A stretch of DNA of 64,000 bases from Microgenomates group bacterium. GTDB lineage: Bacteria; Patescibacteriota; Microgenomatia; UBA8517. The notes beneath the pieces were generated by a model that saw nothing but the letters and a program-made list of their open reading frames with translations, was not told the origin of the DNA and did not search any database. The translations under genes and the position numbers were made by a program. Position 1 is the stretch's first letter. Each line of letters opens with the position of its first letter. Of the stretch, positions 9,999-20,671 are shown one piece after another. The stretch is taken from contig JBAQKY010000020.1 of assembly GCA_049301455.1 (NCBI GenBank), positions 10,184-74,183 of the forward strand. Direction: 5' to 3'.

Positions 9999-10314
9999 TT
10001 TTTCTTTTGAGTTTCAGTTTACAAACCTTAACACCTTCTTCCATGTACTCTTCCATGTAATATCCGGCATCACTATCTAAAAATTCTGAGAGTTGCTCAG
10101 GCGCGCTTGCTCCATCAACAGTGATTATTGTGTGTGCCATACGATTCGTACCCATATCATCTGCTGATATTTGAGTTGATAATTCATCCCCAAGTATTAC
10201 ATGCATCCCTTCAACGCCCCATCGATTTTTAAGCCCAACTCTTTGACCAACAGGGATTTCTTCCCCCATAGACATACATGTTGGACAAACTGAACCACCA
10301 AATTCTTTCATCAT
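9988..10314 (-). CDS. hypothetical protein, CxxC-containing (GC-rich patch); possibly the N-terminal half of a frameshifted gene
   Basis: 108 aa with N-terminal CPTC. GC clearly above the genome background. Confidence 0.3.
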   Translation of the reverse strand: MMKEFGGSVCPTCMSMGEEIPVGQRVGLKNRWGVEGMHVILGDELSTQISADDMGTNRMAHTIITVDGASAPEQLSEFLDSDAGYYMEEYMEEGVKVCKLKLKRKSGN

Positions 10315-10394
10315 AACTTTATTTTAACCTCAAACATATAAACATCTTGACTTATTTTGACATTTTTATGACACAAGAGTAAAATACTATAGGT

Positions 10395-11423
10395 ATGGAA
10401 AGTTTAACTACGTGGGAATTTTCTTTGGAAACTGAAGCAAAAAGAATTCTGCATACTGCTTACCAAACATATGTTGGCTTTTATAAAAGTAATGGTTTTA
10501 TTGTGCTGCCTAAAAACATAAAAACATTTAATTCTAATATTGTCATCCTTCCTAAAATAGATTTTAATTCAATACCTAAGTTTTGGAAAAGAGTTTCTAA
10601 AATAGATATCTATGCAAACCCAATGGTAATTGATAAAAATTTAATTGCAGATTTTAAAAATCTCCTTTCTAAATACAATCTTGAAACACCAAACTACAAA
10701 AAAACAATGCAAGTGTGGGCAAAGGCCGAAAAAGAGGTTATCAATGCAATTTACGACGTATTGCCAGACAAAAAAGACAAAATTAAAAAAATAGTAATCA
10801 ATCCAACAAAGACAGGAACCGTTTGTAGTTTTGATTGGGACAATCAAGGTAATTTTTTGATACTTCTTCGAGATGATCAAAATATTCACAAAATAACAGA
10901 GGCATTAGTTACGTCACTAACCCGAGAAGATATTTATGAAAAACTAAGTGGTCTATGGCAAGAAAGCGAAATTATTTCAGATTTTTTAATTACACAAACA
11001 AAAATAGCAGATGTCTTAAAAAAATATGAGCCAATTGATATGTATTCCCCTACAATGAAAGGTGTCCGCAGTAAAGATGTTGGTAACTTATTAAAAATAA
11101 GTAGTGACTATTACAAAGAACTTAGTATCCCAAATTTTGACACTCCTTTTTCATTAAATGGTTTAACACCAGAGGTAAACAAAAAACCAATTTTAGATTT
11201 AACAAACAACGAGAAACAAATTCTGTATTTATTAATTAAAAACTCAAACAATCTTGTTTCATTTGATCAAATTTCAGATATCATATTTGTAAATGAAGAA
11301 AAATTCAGCCTTTTTGCCCTAGCCAAGTTTATACAAAGACTTAGAGAAAAATTAGAAAAAAACGGTATTTCAGGAAGCTTCATACAAACTCTGCGTGGTA
11401 AAGGATATTTGCTAAAGAATTAA
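10395..11423 (+). CDS. orphan OmpR/PhoB-type winged-helix DNA-binding protein (trans_reg_C domain at C-terminus, no receiver domain)
   Basis: C-terminal 90 aa read LTNNEKQILYLLIKNSNNLVSFDQISDIIFVNEE...FIQRLREKLEKNG...IQTLRGKGYLL, the OmpR/CadC wHTH signature ending (T/R)GxGY. The N-terminal 250 aa are unrecognised. Confidence 0.55.
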   Translation: MESLTTWEFSLETEAKRILHTAYQTYVGFYKSNGFIVLPKNIKTFNSNIVILPKIDFNSIPKFWKRVSKIDIYANPMVIDKNLIADFKNLLSKYNLETPNYKKTMQVWAKAEKEVINAIYDVLPDKKDKIKKIVINPTKTGTVCSFDWDNQGNFLILLRDDQNIHKITEALVTSLTREDIYEKLSGLWQESEIISDFLITQTKIADVLKKYEPIDMYSPTMKGVRSKDVGNLLKISSDYYKELSIPNFDTPFSLNGLTPEVNKKPILDLTNNEKQILYLLIKNSNNLVSFDQISDIIFVNEEKFSLFALAKFIQRLREKLEKNGISGSFIQTLRGKGYLLKN

Positions 11424-11758
11424 GAACGACGCCCTCTCATGGCTTCAAAAATACCCGGCTGCTCTGCCTCAATTATCCTTACTGTTTCAGTACCTGCAAG
11501 CACAAGTCCTTCGGCCAGCACAATATCTGGAATTGGAGTTCTAGCCTCGAGTATTTTTTCTCTTTCTCTAAAATCTTGCCACAACTGACCCTCATTAACA
11601 TCTGGGTTCTCACGAAGATACGTGTCAATAGTTGCTCGTGCGGCAGCCCTTGATTTCGGAGACACTTCAAAAGCTCCATCACAAGGTGGTGAAGAAATTT
11701 CAGTTAAAGCAACCCATATTGGATCGAATCCTGTTGACATATCAATATGATCGCACAA
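11420..11758 (-). CDS. hypothetical protein (GC-rich, compositionally foreign)
   Basis: 112-aa ORF at about 47% GC, versus about 33% in the flanking genes. Rich in Arg/Ala/Glu, unlike host proteins. Confidence 0.35.
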   Translation of the reverse strand: MCDHIDMSTGFDPIWVALTEISSPPCDGAFEVSPKSRAAARATIDTYLRENPDVNEGQLWQDFREREKILEARTPIPDIVLAEGLVLAGTETVRIIEAEQPGIFEAMRGRRS

Positions 11759-11798
11759 ATTTGAAATTTATCTTGACATCATTTTGACATTTGAAGTT

Positions 11799-12704
11799 TT
11801 AAATCTTAGTTACAAATTCACTACTTACCCACCCTTCAACTTCATTTGTAGCACCTTCATTTGTAGTACTAACAATTTTTATTTTGTACCAGCTTGCATT
11901 TTCACCTTCTTCAAGAATTTCATATTCTTCATCTGGTTTAACTTGTGCAATTTCTGGGAATCCTGTGTTAGCCCCACTTCTAACTCTTAGAAATCCAGTA
12001 TCTGTTTTATTTATCTTTATTCTACCCAAATTAGGTGTTTCTGCTGTTTCTCCCAAAACTGCAAGTTGTTCTTGTTCTTTTGGTTTATCTGACTTTGCAA
12101 GTTTAACTGAAGCTGTTAATTTATAACCTGCATAGACTCTGATTGGAAGTGATTTTTCTAGATATTTATCTGAAGAAACCACTAATGTATGATCTCCTGC
12201 AGGAATTTTTACACGAAGTGGTGTGTATCCATATATCTTTCCATCAATTGACACTTGGGCATTATCAGGTACAGAAACAACAGTAACATATGATTCTAGT
12301 CCTCCAAGCTTATCAAATGAAACAACTACTCCACTTGATGATTCTTCAGTTTCTCTGAAGACTCTTTTAACAATTGTTCTAATACCTGGTACTAACTTAA
12401 TTTTTGTTTCATAATCATCAAGAACCACACCTTCTACTGGGTCAGGTTTAATTCGAAGTAGAATTTCTCCTGATTCTCTATTTGCTTCATATGGTGTTTT
12501 ACCAACTTCTACATCATTAATATAAACAGTTGCAATTGGATCTGATTCAACAAGTATTCCTGACTGCTGGTCTTTAAAAACACCCAAAAACAAAAGAGCT
12601 GCAAAACCGACTACAACTATTCCAACTAAAGCTAATATTGTACTAATAATCTTTTTCTTCATGTCTAAAGTGTACCAGATTTTAAAAAAACTCTTGACAA
12701 ACAA
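11799..12704 (-). CDS. membrane-anchored PEGA-domain protein with C-terminal bacterial SH3 domain
   Basis: N-terminal signal anchor. Two PEGA-like units (VYINDVEVGKTPYEAN and VSIDGKIYGYTPLRVKIPAGDHTLVVS). C-terminal SH3b-like stretch (ASWYKIKIV...EGWVSSEFV). Confidence 0.55.
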   Translation of the reverse strand: MFVKSFFKIWYTLDMKKKIISTILALVGIVVVGFAALLFLGVFKDQQSGILVESDPIATVYINDVEVGKTPYEANRESGEILLRIKPDPVEGVVLDDYETKIKLVPGIRTIVKRVFRETEESSSGVVVSFDKLGGLESYVTVVSVPDNAQVSIDGKIYGYTPLRVKIPAGDHTLVVSSDKYLEKSLPIRVYAGYKLTASVKLAKSDKPKEQEQLAVLGETAETPNLGRIKINKTDTGFLRVRSGANTGFPEIAQVKPDEEYEILEEGENASWYKIKIVSTTNEGATNEVEGWVSSEFVTKI

Positions 12705-12722
12705 TTTAAGAATTATTATATT
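12694..12722 (+). promoter_or_regulatory. near-consensus sigma70-type promoter upstream of hsp20
   Basis: TTGACA (12694-12699), 17-nt spacer, TATATT (12717-12722), about 24 nt upstream of the hsp20 start. Confidence 0.5.
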
Positions 12723-12745
12723 ATATTGGCACTCACAACATTAGA

Positions 12746-13147
12746 GTGACAAAGAAAGAAGGTGATAATATTATGCAACTAGTACGATTTGATCCATTCA
12801 AAAGTCTACTTGATGATGACAACTGGCCAACAGCCAGACAAAACGGTCTGAAAATTCATGAAACCGAAACTGATATTATTGCTCAAGCAGTTGTAGCAGG
12901 AATTCCAGCAGAAAATGTTGAGGCAAATATAGTTGACGGAGTTCTTACAATCAAAGCAGAAGTAAAAGAGGAAGATAAAACAAAAGATGAATTTAAGTCT
13001 TCTTCATATCAATACTACTACACTGCTGCATTGTCAGGTGGAGATTGGCAAAAAGCTGAAGCAGAAGTTAAGCATGGTATCTTAACAGTTACCATTCCAA
13101 AAGCTGAAGAGGCAAAGCCAAAAAAGATAATGATCAAAACTAAGTAA
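12746..13147 (+). CDS. Hsp20/alpha-crystallin family small heat-shock protein
   Basis: 133 aa with a central ACD: VDGVLTIKAEV...GILTVTIPKA (the G-x-L-x-I-x-x-P-K signature). Confidence 0.85.
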   Translation: MTKKEGDNIMQLVRFDPFKSLLDDDNWPTARQNGLKIHETETDIIAQAVVAGIPAENVEANIVDGVLTIKAEVKEEDKTKDEFKSSSYQYYYTAALSGGDWQKAEAEVKHGILTVTIPKAEEAKPKKIMIKTK

Positions 13148-13190
13148 GCAGTGAGTAATTCAATAGTAGCCATGATATAATGTGGCTACT

Positions 13191-13262
13191 GGCCGGGTGG
13201 CGAAGTGGAAACGCCGGGGACTGCAAATCCTCTATGCGCGGGTTCGATTCCCGCTCCGGCCT
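13191..13262 (+). tRNA. tRNA-Cys (GCA)
   Basis: Cloverleaf by eye: acceptor GGCCGGG/TCCGGCC, T-arm GCGGG-TTCGATT-CCCGC, anticodon loop CTGCAAA (anticodon GCA), discriminator U. CCA not encoded. Confidence 0.8.
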
Positions 13263-13414
13263 CAGATTAGTTTCATATAAAAAGACAATTTTAAGATTAC
13301 AGCAAAAAGGACACCGCAGTTAATCTGTTGAGATAGATCATCAACAATCTCTTTTTGGTGTAACTATCTCTACACAGAGATATAACATAAAAAAATACTT
13401 AGTACCTTAGTATT

Positions 13415-14146
13415 TTATTCCAATTCTTTACCAATTGTCTCTGGCCAATATTCTAAATCAATAAACCAAACATTGTTGTCTTTATCTCTAATAGAATTGT
13501 CACGCTCAAAAAAATCGTCAACCACAATTCCGTTCTCCTCCAGTAATTTAATATCAGAGCTATACTCTTCATTCCATGTTGTAATTGGTTCACCTTTACC
13601 CTCTTTAAATTCTATTGTCATTGCAACAGGCTCCCCATTCCATGTCCATATACCTTCTAATTTTGGAATCCTGTTGGGTAAAAGATTATTACCTTTCTGA
13701 ATACCTAAAACTTGCCTTTCAAATAATTTTCTACGACTTGCAGATTCCCTACCTTCTTTTGAATCATCAAACCGTGAATCTGTCCATTCTGTTAGAGTTC
13801 TTTTGAATTCATCTTCCGAAATGACATTACCCTTCCAATCTTTAAGATTATCTCTACGCACTCCCGATTTCTGTACAAAATCTATTAGGATCTCTTGAGG
13901 AATAATTCCTAAACGAAAAACTTTTAAAAAACTTTTCCCCACTGCACCTTTATCGATTTTGAAGCCAATAGAATCTTGGCCCATTCCGCCTAAAGTTATT
14001 CCTTTTACGGTCAAATCTAATTTATGTTCAAACAATAACTCCTCAAGTTGATAGTGTGGAATATCACGCAACTCTGGCATTGACCTTGATTGCGCTTCTT
14101 TGTCTAGAACAACATTAAATTTACTAGGTTCTATTAATTTATCCAT
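13415..14146 (-). CDS. hypothetical protein; possible small kinase-like fold (weak)
   Basis: 243 aa. A glycine-rich stretch followed by Lys (ITLGGMGQDSIGFKIDKGAVGKSFLKV) and a C-terminal acidic WFIDLEYW are faintly reminiscent of atypical kinases. Not confident. Confidence 0.4.
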   Translation of the reverse strand: MDKLIEPSKFNVVLDKEAQSRSMPELRDIPHYQLEELLFEHKLDLTVKGITLGGMGQDSIGFKIDKGAVGKSFLKVFRLGIIPQEILIDFVQKSGVRRDNLKDWKGNVISEDEFKRTLTEWTDSRFDDSKEGRESASRRKLFERQVLGIQKGNNLLPNRIPKLEGIWTWNGEPVAMTIEFKEGKGEPITTWNEEYSSDIKLLEENGIVVDDFFERDNSIRDKDNNVWFIDLEYWPETIGKELE

Positions 14147-14269
14147 AATTCCGTATTAGTTCCTTTCTTTTAATCTCATGACTTCTTGGGGTAACTATTT
14201 TTATAACTTTACATTTATACTCAACATAAGGAATTATATTACTAGAGGTATGGTAAAGCCATCGCCTTT

Positions 14270-15076
14270 TTATTTAACTTCATAAAAATATTCATATGGG
14301 GTTAAGGAAATATAAAACCACATTGGAATTTGTTTTACTGGAACTGATTTTACAAAAGAACTAAATTGACTTTGATATGCATAGACCGCCTTAACTTTAT
14401 TTATAACTCCAGATATACCGACCCAAATTTTGAAGCTTGGTGATTTTCTACTAAATTTAAAATTTTTATCTTTTGCCATTTGTTCAGGAAGTGAAAGTTT
14501 TTTGAAAAGTTTCTCAGGAGTTGATGTGTACCAAAGATGGATATTTTCAAATTCATTATTAATTAATTCTGTAGCAACTTTTGAGAGTACTATATGGTCC
14601 GGATGACCGTAGCCCCCTGATTCATCATAGGTAATAACCAAGTCAGGATCAATCTCTTTTATTGTTTGTCTGACATCATCAATCAAATCGTCTTTGAATT
14701 GATCAACTCCATTATCTGGATAATCTTTTAGAGTTAACTTTTTAATACCTAATATCTTTGCAACATTTTGTGCTTCGATAGATCTTATATATTTTAAATT
14801 ATCATCAAAATGTGCATCATCATTCCCTTTTTCACCTTTTGTTAAAATAATCCAATTAATTTCTATTCCTTTATCTACAAATTGAGTGATCGTCCCACCT
14901 AACGAGTTTGCTTCATCATCAGGGTGAGGAAAAATAATTAGTACTTTCTTTATATTATTAAAATCATTAATATTTTTAGTTGGGACTTTTAGGTCATTTG
15001 CTTCGTTAAAACCGTATAGCCAAAAACAGATAAATAAAATGAATAGTATAGCTATCAAGATAATTATAATCTTCAT
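14270..15076 (-). CDS. PIG-L/LmbE-family N-acetylglucosaminyl deacetylase, membrane anchored
   Basis: N-terminal TM, then VLIIFPHPDDEANSLGG (HPDDE metal-binding motif) and GHPDH later. Confidence 0.8.
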   Translation of the reverse strand: MKIIIILIAILFILFICFWLYGFNEANDLKVPTKNINDFNNIKKVLIIFPHPDDEANSLGGTITQFVDKGIEINWIILTKGEKGNDDAHFDDNLKYIRSIEAQNVAKILGIKKLTLKDYPDNGVDQFKDDLIDDVRQTIKEIDPDLVITYDESGGYGHPDHIVLSKVATELINNEFENIHLWYTSTPEKLFKKLSLPEQMAKDKNFKFSRKSPSFKIWVGISGVINKVKAVYAYQSQFSSFVKSVPVKQIPMWFYISLTPYEYFYEVK

Positions 15077-15151
15077 TACATAATTTTATCCTAATATACA
15101 GAAAACATGAAGTACACCTCAAACATTAAAAACTACCCCATAATTTGACTT

Positions 15152-15910
15152 TTGAGTGTTTCATATGCTAGAATCACACATCTCGCAAGTAATTGCGGGA
15201 TTTTTGTTTCTCACCCGTTAAGGGGGAATATGCAAAAACTAACTCTACATTTGCCAAAGTACCGCCTACATATGCAATTCAGAATTGCAAAAAGGCGTAA
15301 ATCAGCTTTGGATGAGCCTATCATACCTACCAAAAAGAGGCTAAACCTCAAATATCATGTGGGTGGCTATACACGTAAATTCATTAGGCACATCTTTGAA
15401 CACAAGGCTGTCAAAAAACTATTAGGCACAAACATTGCTCTAATGCTGGTTGCCTCTTCTTTTGTGCCTACAGGCACACTTGGAAGTACAAATACTCAAA
15501 CAGAGGTTACTTCTGTTGTTGGTACTGAAACACCAATACACACAACCATTTCTATCCAAAATCCTGTTAAAGAAGTTCATATCACTCAAGGTTATAAATT
15601 CTTCCATCCTGGACTTGATTTAGATGGAATTACTGGCGACCCAATTAAATCAATTAAGGCTGGTAAGGTAGAGGTTGTTGAATTTTCAACAGTTGGATAT
15701 GGTAAACATGTCATTGTTGATCATGGTGACAACTTAAAGTCTTTATATGCTCATTTATCAAAAGTTAATGTTAAAACTGGTGATACTGTTTCAACTGACA
15801 CAGTGTTAGGTGAAATGGGTGCAACAGGTAGATCTTTTGGTGATCATTTACATTTAGAGGTTAGAGATCATGGTGTTCCAATAAATCCTCTTTCAGTCTT
15901 GCCTAGATAA
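15152..15910 (+). CDS. M23 (LytM-type) peptidoglycan endopeptidase; true start probably an internal Met
   Basis: C-terminal HPGLDLDG...GYGKHVIVDHGDN...SLYAHLS...GATGRSFGDHLHLEV is the M23 HxxxD/HxH signature. Signal anchor around aa 90. Confidence 0.8.
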   Translation: MSVSYARITHLASNCGIFVSHPLRGNMQKLTLHLPKYRLHMQFRIAKRRKSALDEPIIPTKKRLNLKYHVGGYTRKFIRHIFEHKAVKKLLGTNIALMLVASSFVPTGTLGSTNTQTEVTSVVGTETPIHTTISIQNPVKEVHITQGYKFFHPGLDLDGITGDPIKSIKAGKVEVVEFSTVGYGKHVIVDHGDNLKSLYAHLSKVNVKTGDTVSTDTVLGEMGATGRSFGDHLHLEVRDHGVPINPLSVLPR

Positions 15911-15921
15911 TTGAAACTCTA

Positions 15922-16514
15922 CTATCTATTTTCCAAACTTCTCCACAGATACCAACTTGCAACAGTTCTATAAGGTTTCCAATTCTTTTCAGCAAATTTT
16001 GCAGATTTTATTTTGTCCCACTTTTTACCAGTCACTTTTTCGTAACCATTTTTAATTCCTAAGTCATCAATAGGAAAGATGTCTGGTCGAGCAAGTGAAA
16101 ACATTAAAAACATTTCTGCAGTCCATCTCCCTATCCCCTTAACTTTAATTAATTCGGTTATGACTTCTTCATCTTGCAATCTATCTAGTTCACTAATTAT
16201 TAGTTCTTTATTTATAGCCTTAGTAGCAAGATCTTTAATGTAACTAACTTTTTGCCACGATAGCCCACAATCTCTAAGTTCTTGATCCGTTTTTGATATT
16301 ATAATTTCTGGAGTGACTTTGACTAATAAGTTCTTAACCCTACCGAATATTGTTTTTGCTGCTTTGCCTGACAGTTGTTGACTACAAATTGCATCAACCA
16401 AATCTTCAAAGTATTTAGATTTTGGAATTGGTTTGATAGTACAACTTCCCCACTTTTGAATTAATGGCCCTATAAATTTGTCTTTTTGAAGTTTGTTTTC
16501 AGCCTCTTTCCACA

Positions 16515-16515
<1 letters not shown>
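15922..16515 (-). CDS. HhH-GPD superfamily DNA glycosylase (AlkA/3-methyladenine glycosylase II-like)
   Basis: Helix-hairpin-helix with Gly/Pro loop and catalytic Asp: IKGIGRWTAEMFLMFSLARPDIFPIDDLGIKNG. Confidence 0.75.
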
Positions 16516-18140
<1,625 letters not shown>

Positions 18141-18154
18141 TTAAAATTAGATTA

Positions 18155-18445
18155 TTATTCTTGTACTGCTAAAATATCCTCAAATTTAACAAACATATAT
18201 TCTTTTCCTTCAATCTTAACTTCATTTCCTCCCCATTTTTTATACATTACAGTTTCTCCTACTTTTGCTGGTGATTCTACTTCATGACCATCTGAATATG
18301 TTTTTGGTCCTGCTGCAATTACTTTTCCCATTTGAGGTTTTTCTCCTGCATTGTCTGGAAGATAAATACCCGATGCAGTTTTGACCTCTTTTTCCAAAGG
18401 TTCAATTAGAAGATATCCTGCTGTTGGTTTTAGATTAAGTTTCAT
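18155..18445 (-). CDS. groS: co-chaperonin GroES
   Basis: About 96 aa, MKLNLKPTAGYLLIEPLE...GKVIAAGP. The ORF-track start at 18454 is a TTG; the ATG at 18443-18445 is preferred. Confidence 0.9.
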   Translation of the reverse strand: MKLNLKPTAGYLLIEPLEKEVKTASGIYLPDNAGEKPQMGKVIAAGPKTYSDGHEVESPAKVGETVMYKKWGGNEVKIEGKEYMFVKFEDILAVQE

Positions 18446-18446
18446 G

Positions 18447-18472
18447 TTTAGCAATTACTTAGACTGACTGCT
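18447..18472 (-). promoter_or_regulatory. degenerate CIRCE-like inverted repeat upstream of groES (candidate HrcA-type operator)
   Basis: Minus-strand reading TAGCAGTC-N9-AATTGCTAA, against CIRCE consensus TTAGCACTC-N9-GAGTGCTAA. Half-sites carry 1-2 mismatches each with correct 9-nt spacing, immediately 5' of the groES ATG. Confidence 0.3.
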
Positions 18473-18497
18473 ATTTTGGCATATGTATTTTTTGGTG

Positions 18498-19265
18498 TCA
18501 ATAGGAAAGTTTCTTCATTACAACCTTTCCCCAATCGTTTTTATGAAATATTGCAGTGTGTGGAGTTATTATTTCTGTTGTTATTTTAGATTTCATATAA
18601 ATGTATTGCAATTTAAAAGCTATCTTTTCTAATATGTTTATTTCACTCTTAAATCTTTTAATCTGAGTTTTTGATTTCTTTATCTCAACTGCATTAGGCC
18701 AATAATTTAAAATCCACTTATTTAAAAACAAAAATCGTTCATAAGTATTATTTTTATTAACCAACGGCACAATTTGTGCAATTTCATGAGCTGTATATAT
18801 ATTTCTATCTTTCCTGTCCCAAATCAGACTTGTTTCATCAAGCCACATGTTTAAACAAAGCGCATCCCGTTCATTTTTATCTTGCGGTTTGCGAAGTACA
18901 TAGTGCATTGTACGAAGTACAAAGTAAACTAATACACGTGTGGTCCATAGCATGTTTTTCTTTGTAATTAGTAATAAATCAATATCACTGTTTTTGTCAG
19001 CATTCATCATTGCCAATGATCCTGTTATTCCAACAAACAAGACTGTTGGAATTTTTGAAATTAATTCTGAAGCGTTTTTTGCAATTTCTAATTTTTTCTT
19101 AGAATATTTTTCTCTTTGAAGTCGTCTTTCACTTTTTTGATTTTTGCCTTCGGCAGAAGACAAGTTTTGCTTGTATTGCCATCTAACCGCTTCTTCTTTG
19201 GTTAATTTATAATCAAAAATTTTGTGGTAACGGACAGCGACATCATCATTGGATTTTAATTCCAT
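18498..19265 (-). CDS. hypothetical protein with Pol-beta-type nucleotidyltransferase-like N-terminal region
   Basis: GITGSLAMMNADKNSDIDLLLI resembles the GS...D-x-D nucleotidyltransferase motif. The rest is unrecognised. Confidence 0.4.
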   Translation of the reverse strand: MELKSNDDVAVRYHKIFDYKLTKEEAVRWQYKQNLSSAEGKNQKSERRLQREKYSKKKLEIAKNASELISKIPTVLFVGITGSLAMMNADKNSDIDLLLITKKNMLWTTRVLVYFVLRTMHYVLRKPQDKNERDALCLNMWLDETSLIWDRKDRNIYTAHEIAQIVPLVNKNNTYERFLFLNKWILNYWPNAVEIKKSKTQIKRFKSEINILEKIAFKLQYIYMKSKITTEIITPHTAIFHKNDWGKVVMKKLSY

Positions 19266-20634
19266 ACTGAGATAATACCTGAATAATACCTGAAGATACA
19301 GTCTCTAAGGCCACCTTTGCTTCTTTACCAGTATTAACAAGATTCACTGCATCTTCAAAATATTTGGTTATCTGTGAATTTATACCTGTTGGACCATCCC
19401 AAGTTTTACTTTGAAGAAACCATGTTTGGGCTGTTTTAGCTCCGGTTACAGTTGAGCCAATAATAGGATGGTCTTTTAATAAAATTTCCATATCTTGTTT
19501 TGGATATGGTTCTCCAAACATCCTTGTCTTTGATGCTTGGTTGTACATTTTTTCTAAAACTTCTTTACTCGATAGGTATTTTAGAAAATTCCAAGATGCT
19601 GTTTTGTTTTTACTTCTTGCCCAAACTCCCTCAACCCAATATGAAGCATAATTAACATCTGGTTCATTTGCTGCAGTTTTTGGTAATTGCGGAACCGGAA
19701 TTGTTTTAAATCTCAAACTTGGATTTTGAAGTCTAATCTCAAAAGCTCTCCAAGATGGTCCAAAATACATAGCCAATTTTCCGCCCGCGAAAGCAACAGT
19801 TGAAGAAGGAAGTGTTGCATCCCAAACTTCATCTTCTTCTGAAAAGATTGTATAGAAATTCAACGCGTCTTCAGCTAGTTGACCTGTTGGTTTATTCATA
19901 TCAACGCCATTTTGAAGCATCATTAATGCAAGTATTTCTGGCCAATGATCTACATTTTCAGTTCTACCTAAAGCAGCACCCGCTTGGGTTATGGCACCTG
20001 TTTCATCTTTTATGGTTAACTCCCTAGCCAACTGTCTTAATTCATTCCAAGTTGTAGGGTTACTCTTTCCTGACTTTTCAAAGATTTCCTCATTAATAAA
20101 CAAATTCAGTCCATCATATTCAAGAGGAACCCCTACAATTGACGACCCAACGGTTAAATCTGATAAGGCAACAGGATAGAAGTTTGAAGTAAACTCAGAT
20201 ACAGAATAAACACTAGCTGGCATTTTATCCAACTCTGATTTAAACATTGGCGTCCATGTATTATGAAATCTAAAAATATCAGGGGCTGTCCCTTTTGCAA
20301 GTGCGCTAGTTAGTCTTTCTCTGTAATCTTCTTTTGATTGCCTTACATATTTTATTTTTACGTTAGGATTTTTTGTTTCATAATCTGCAATTACCTGTTT
20401 AACAATTGTTTCATCTTCCCAAAGTCCCCACCATGTAATTTCACCAGATGTTGCAGTCTCTTTTTTACTGGTCATTGAACTAATAGCAAAAACGGCAACT
20501 ACTATTAGTAGTAATGCAGAACCAATAATCGCAACTAATTTGACTGGAAATGCTTTTTTAGGTGCTGGTGGTGTAGCAGTCGTTTGTGGTGAAGAAGTAG
20601 TCTGATTTGTCGGTACAGTCTGGTTTGTATCCAT
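19246..20634 (-). CDS. extracellular solute-binding protein (ABC transporter family-1 SBP, sugar-type), membrane anchored
   Basis: Signal anchor after a Thr/Pro-rich N-terminus, then ITWWGLWEDE...ADYETKNPNVKIKYV. No cognate permease or ATPase genes adjacent in the window. Confidence 0.65.
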   Translation of the reverse strand: MDTNQTVPTNQTTSSPQTTATPPAPKKAFPVKLVAIIGSALLLIVVAVFAISSMTSKKETATSGEITWWGLWEDETIVKQVIADYETKNPNVKIKYVRQSKEDYRERLTSALAKGTAPDIFRFHNTWTPMFKSELDKMPASVYSVSEFTSNFYPVALSDLTVGSSIVGVPLEYDGLNLFINEEIFEKSGKSNPTTWNELRQLARELTIKDETGAITQAGAALGRTENVDHWPEILALMMLQNGVDMNKPTGQLAEDALNFYTIFSEEDEVWDATLPSSTVAFAGGKLAMYFGPSWRAFEIRLQNPSLRFKTIPVPQLPKTAANEPDVNYASYWVEGVWARSKNKTASWNFLKYLSSKEVLEKMYNQASKTRMFGEPYPKQDMEILLKDHPIIGSTVTGAKTAQTWFLQSKTWDGPTGINSQITKYFEDAVNLVNTGKEAKVALETVSSGIIQVLSQYGIKIQ

Positions 20635-20671
20635 ACATAAATGGTATCATATATAGATACACTTAGGCTAT

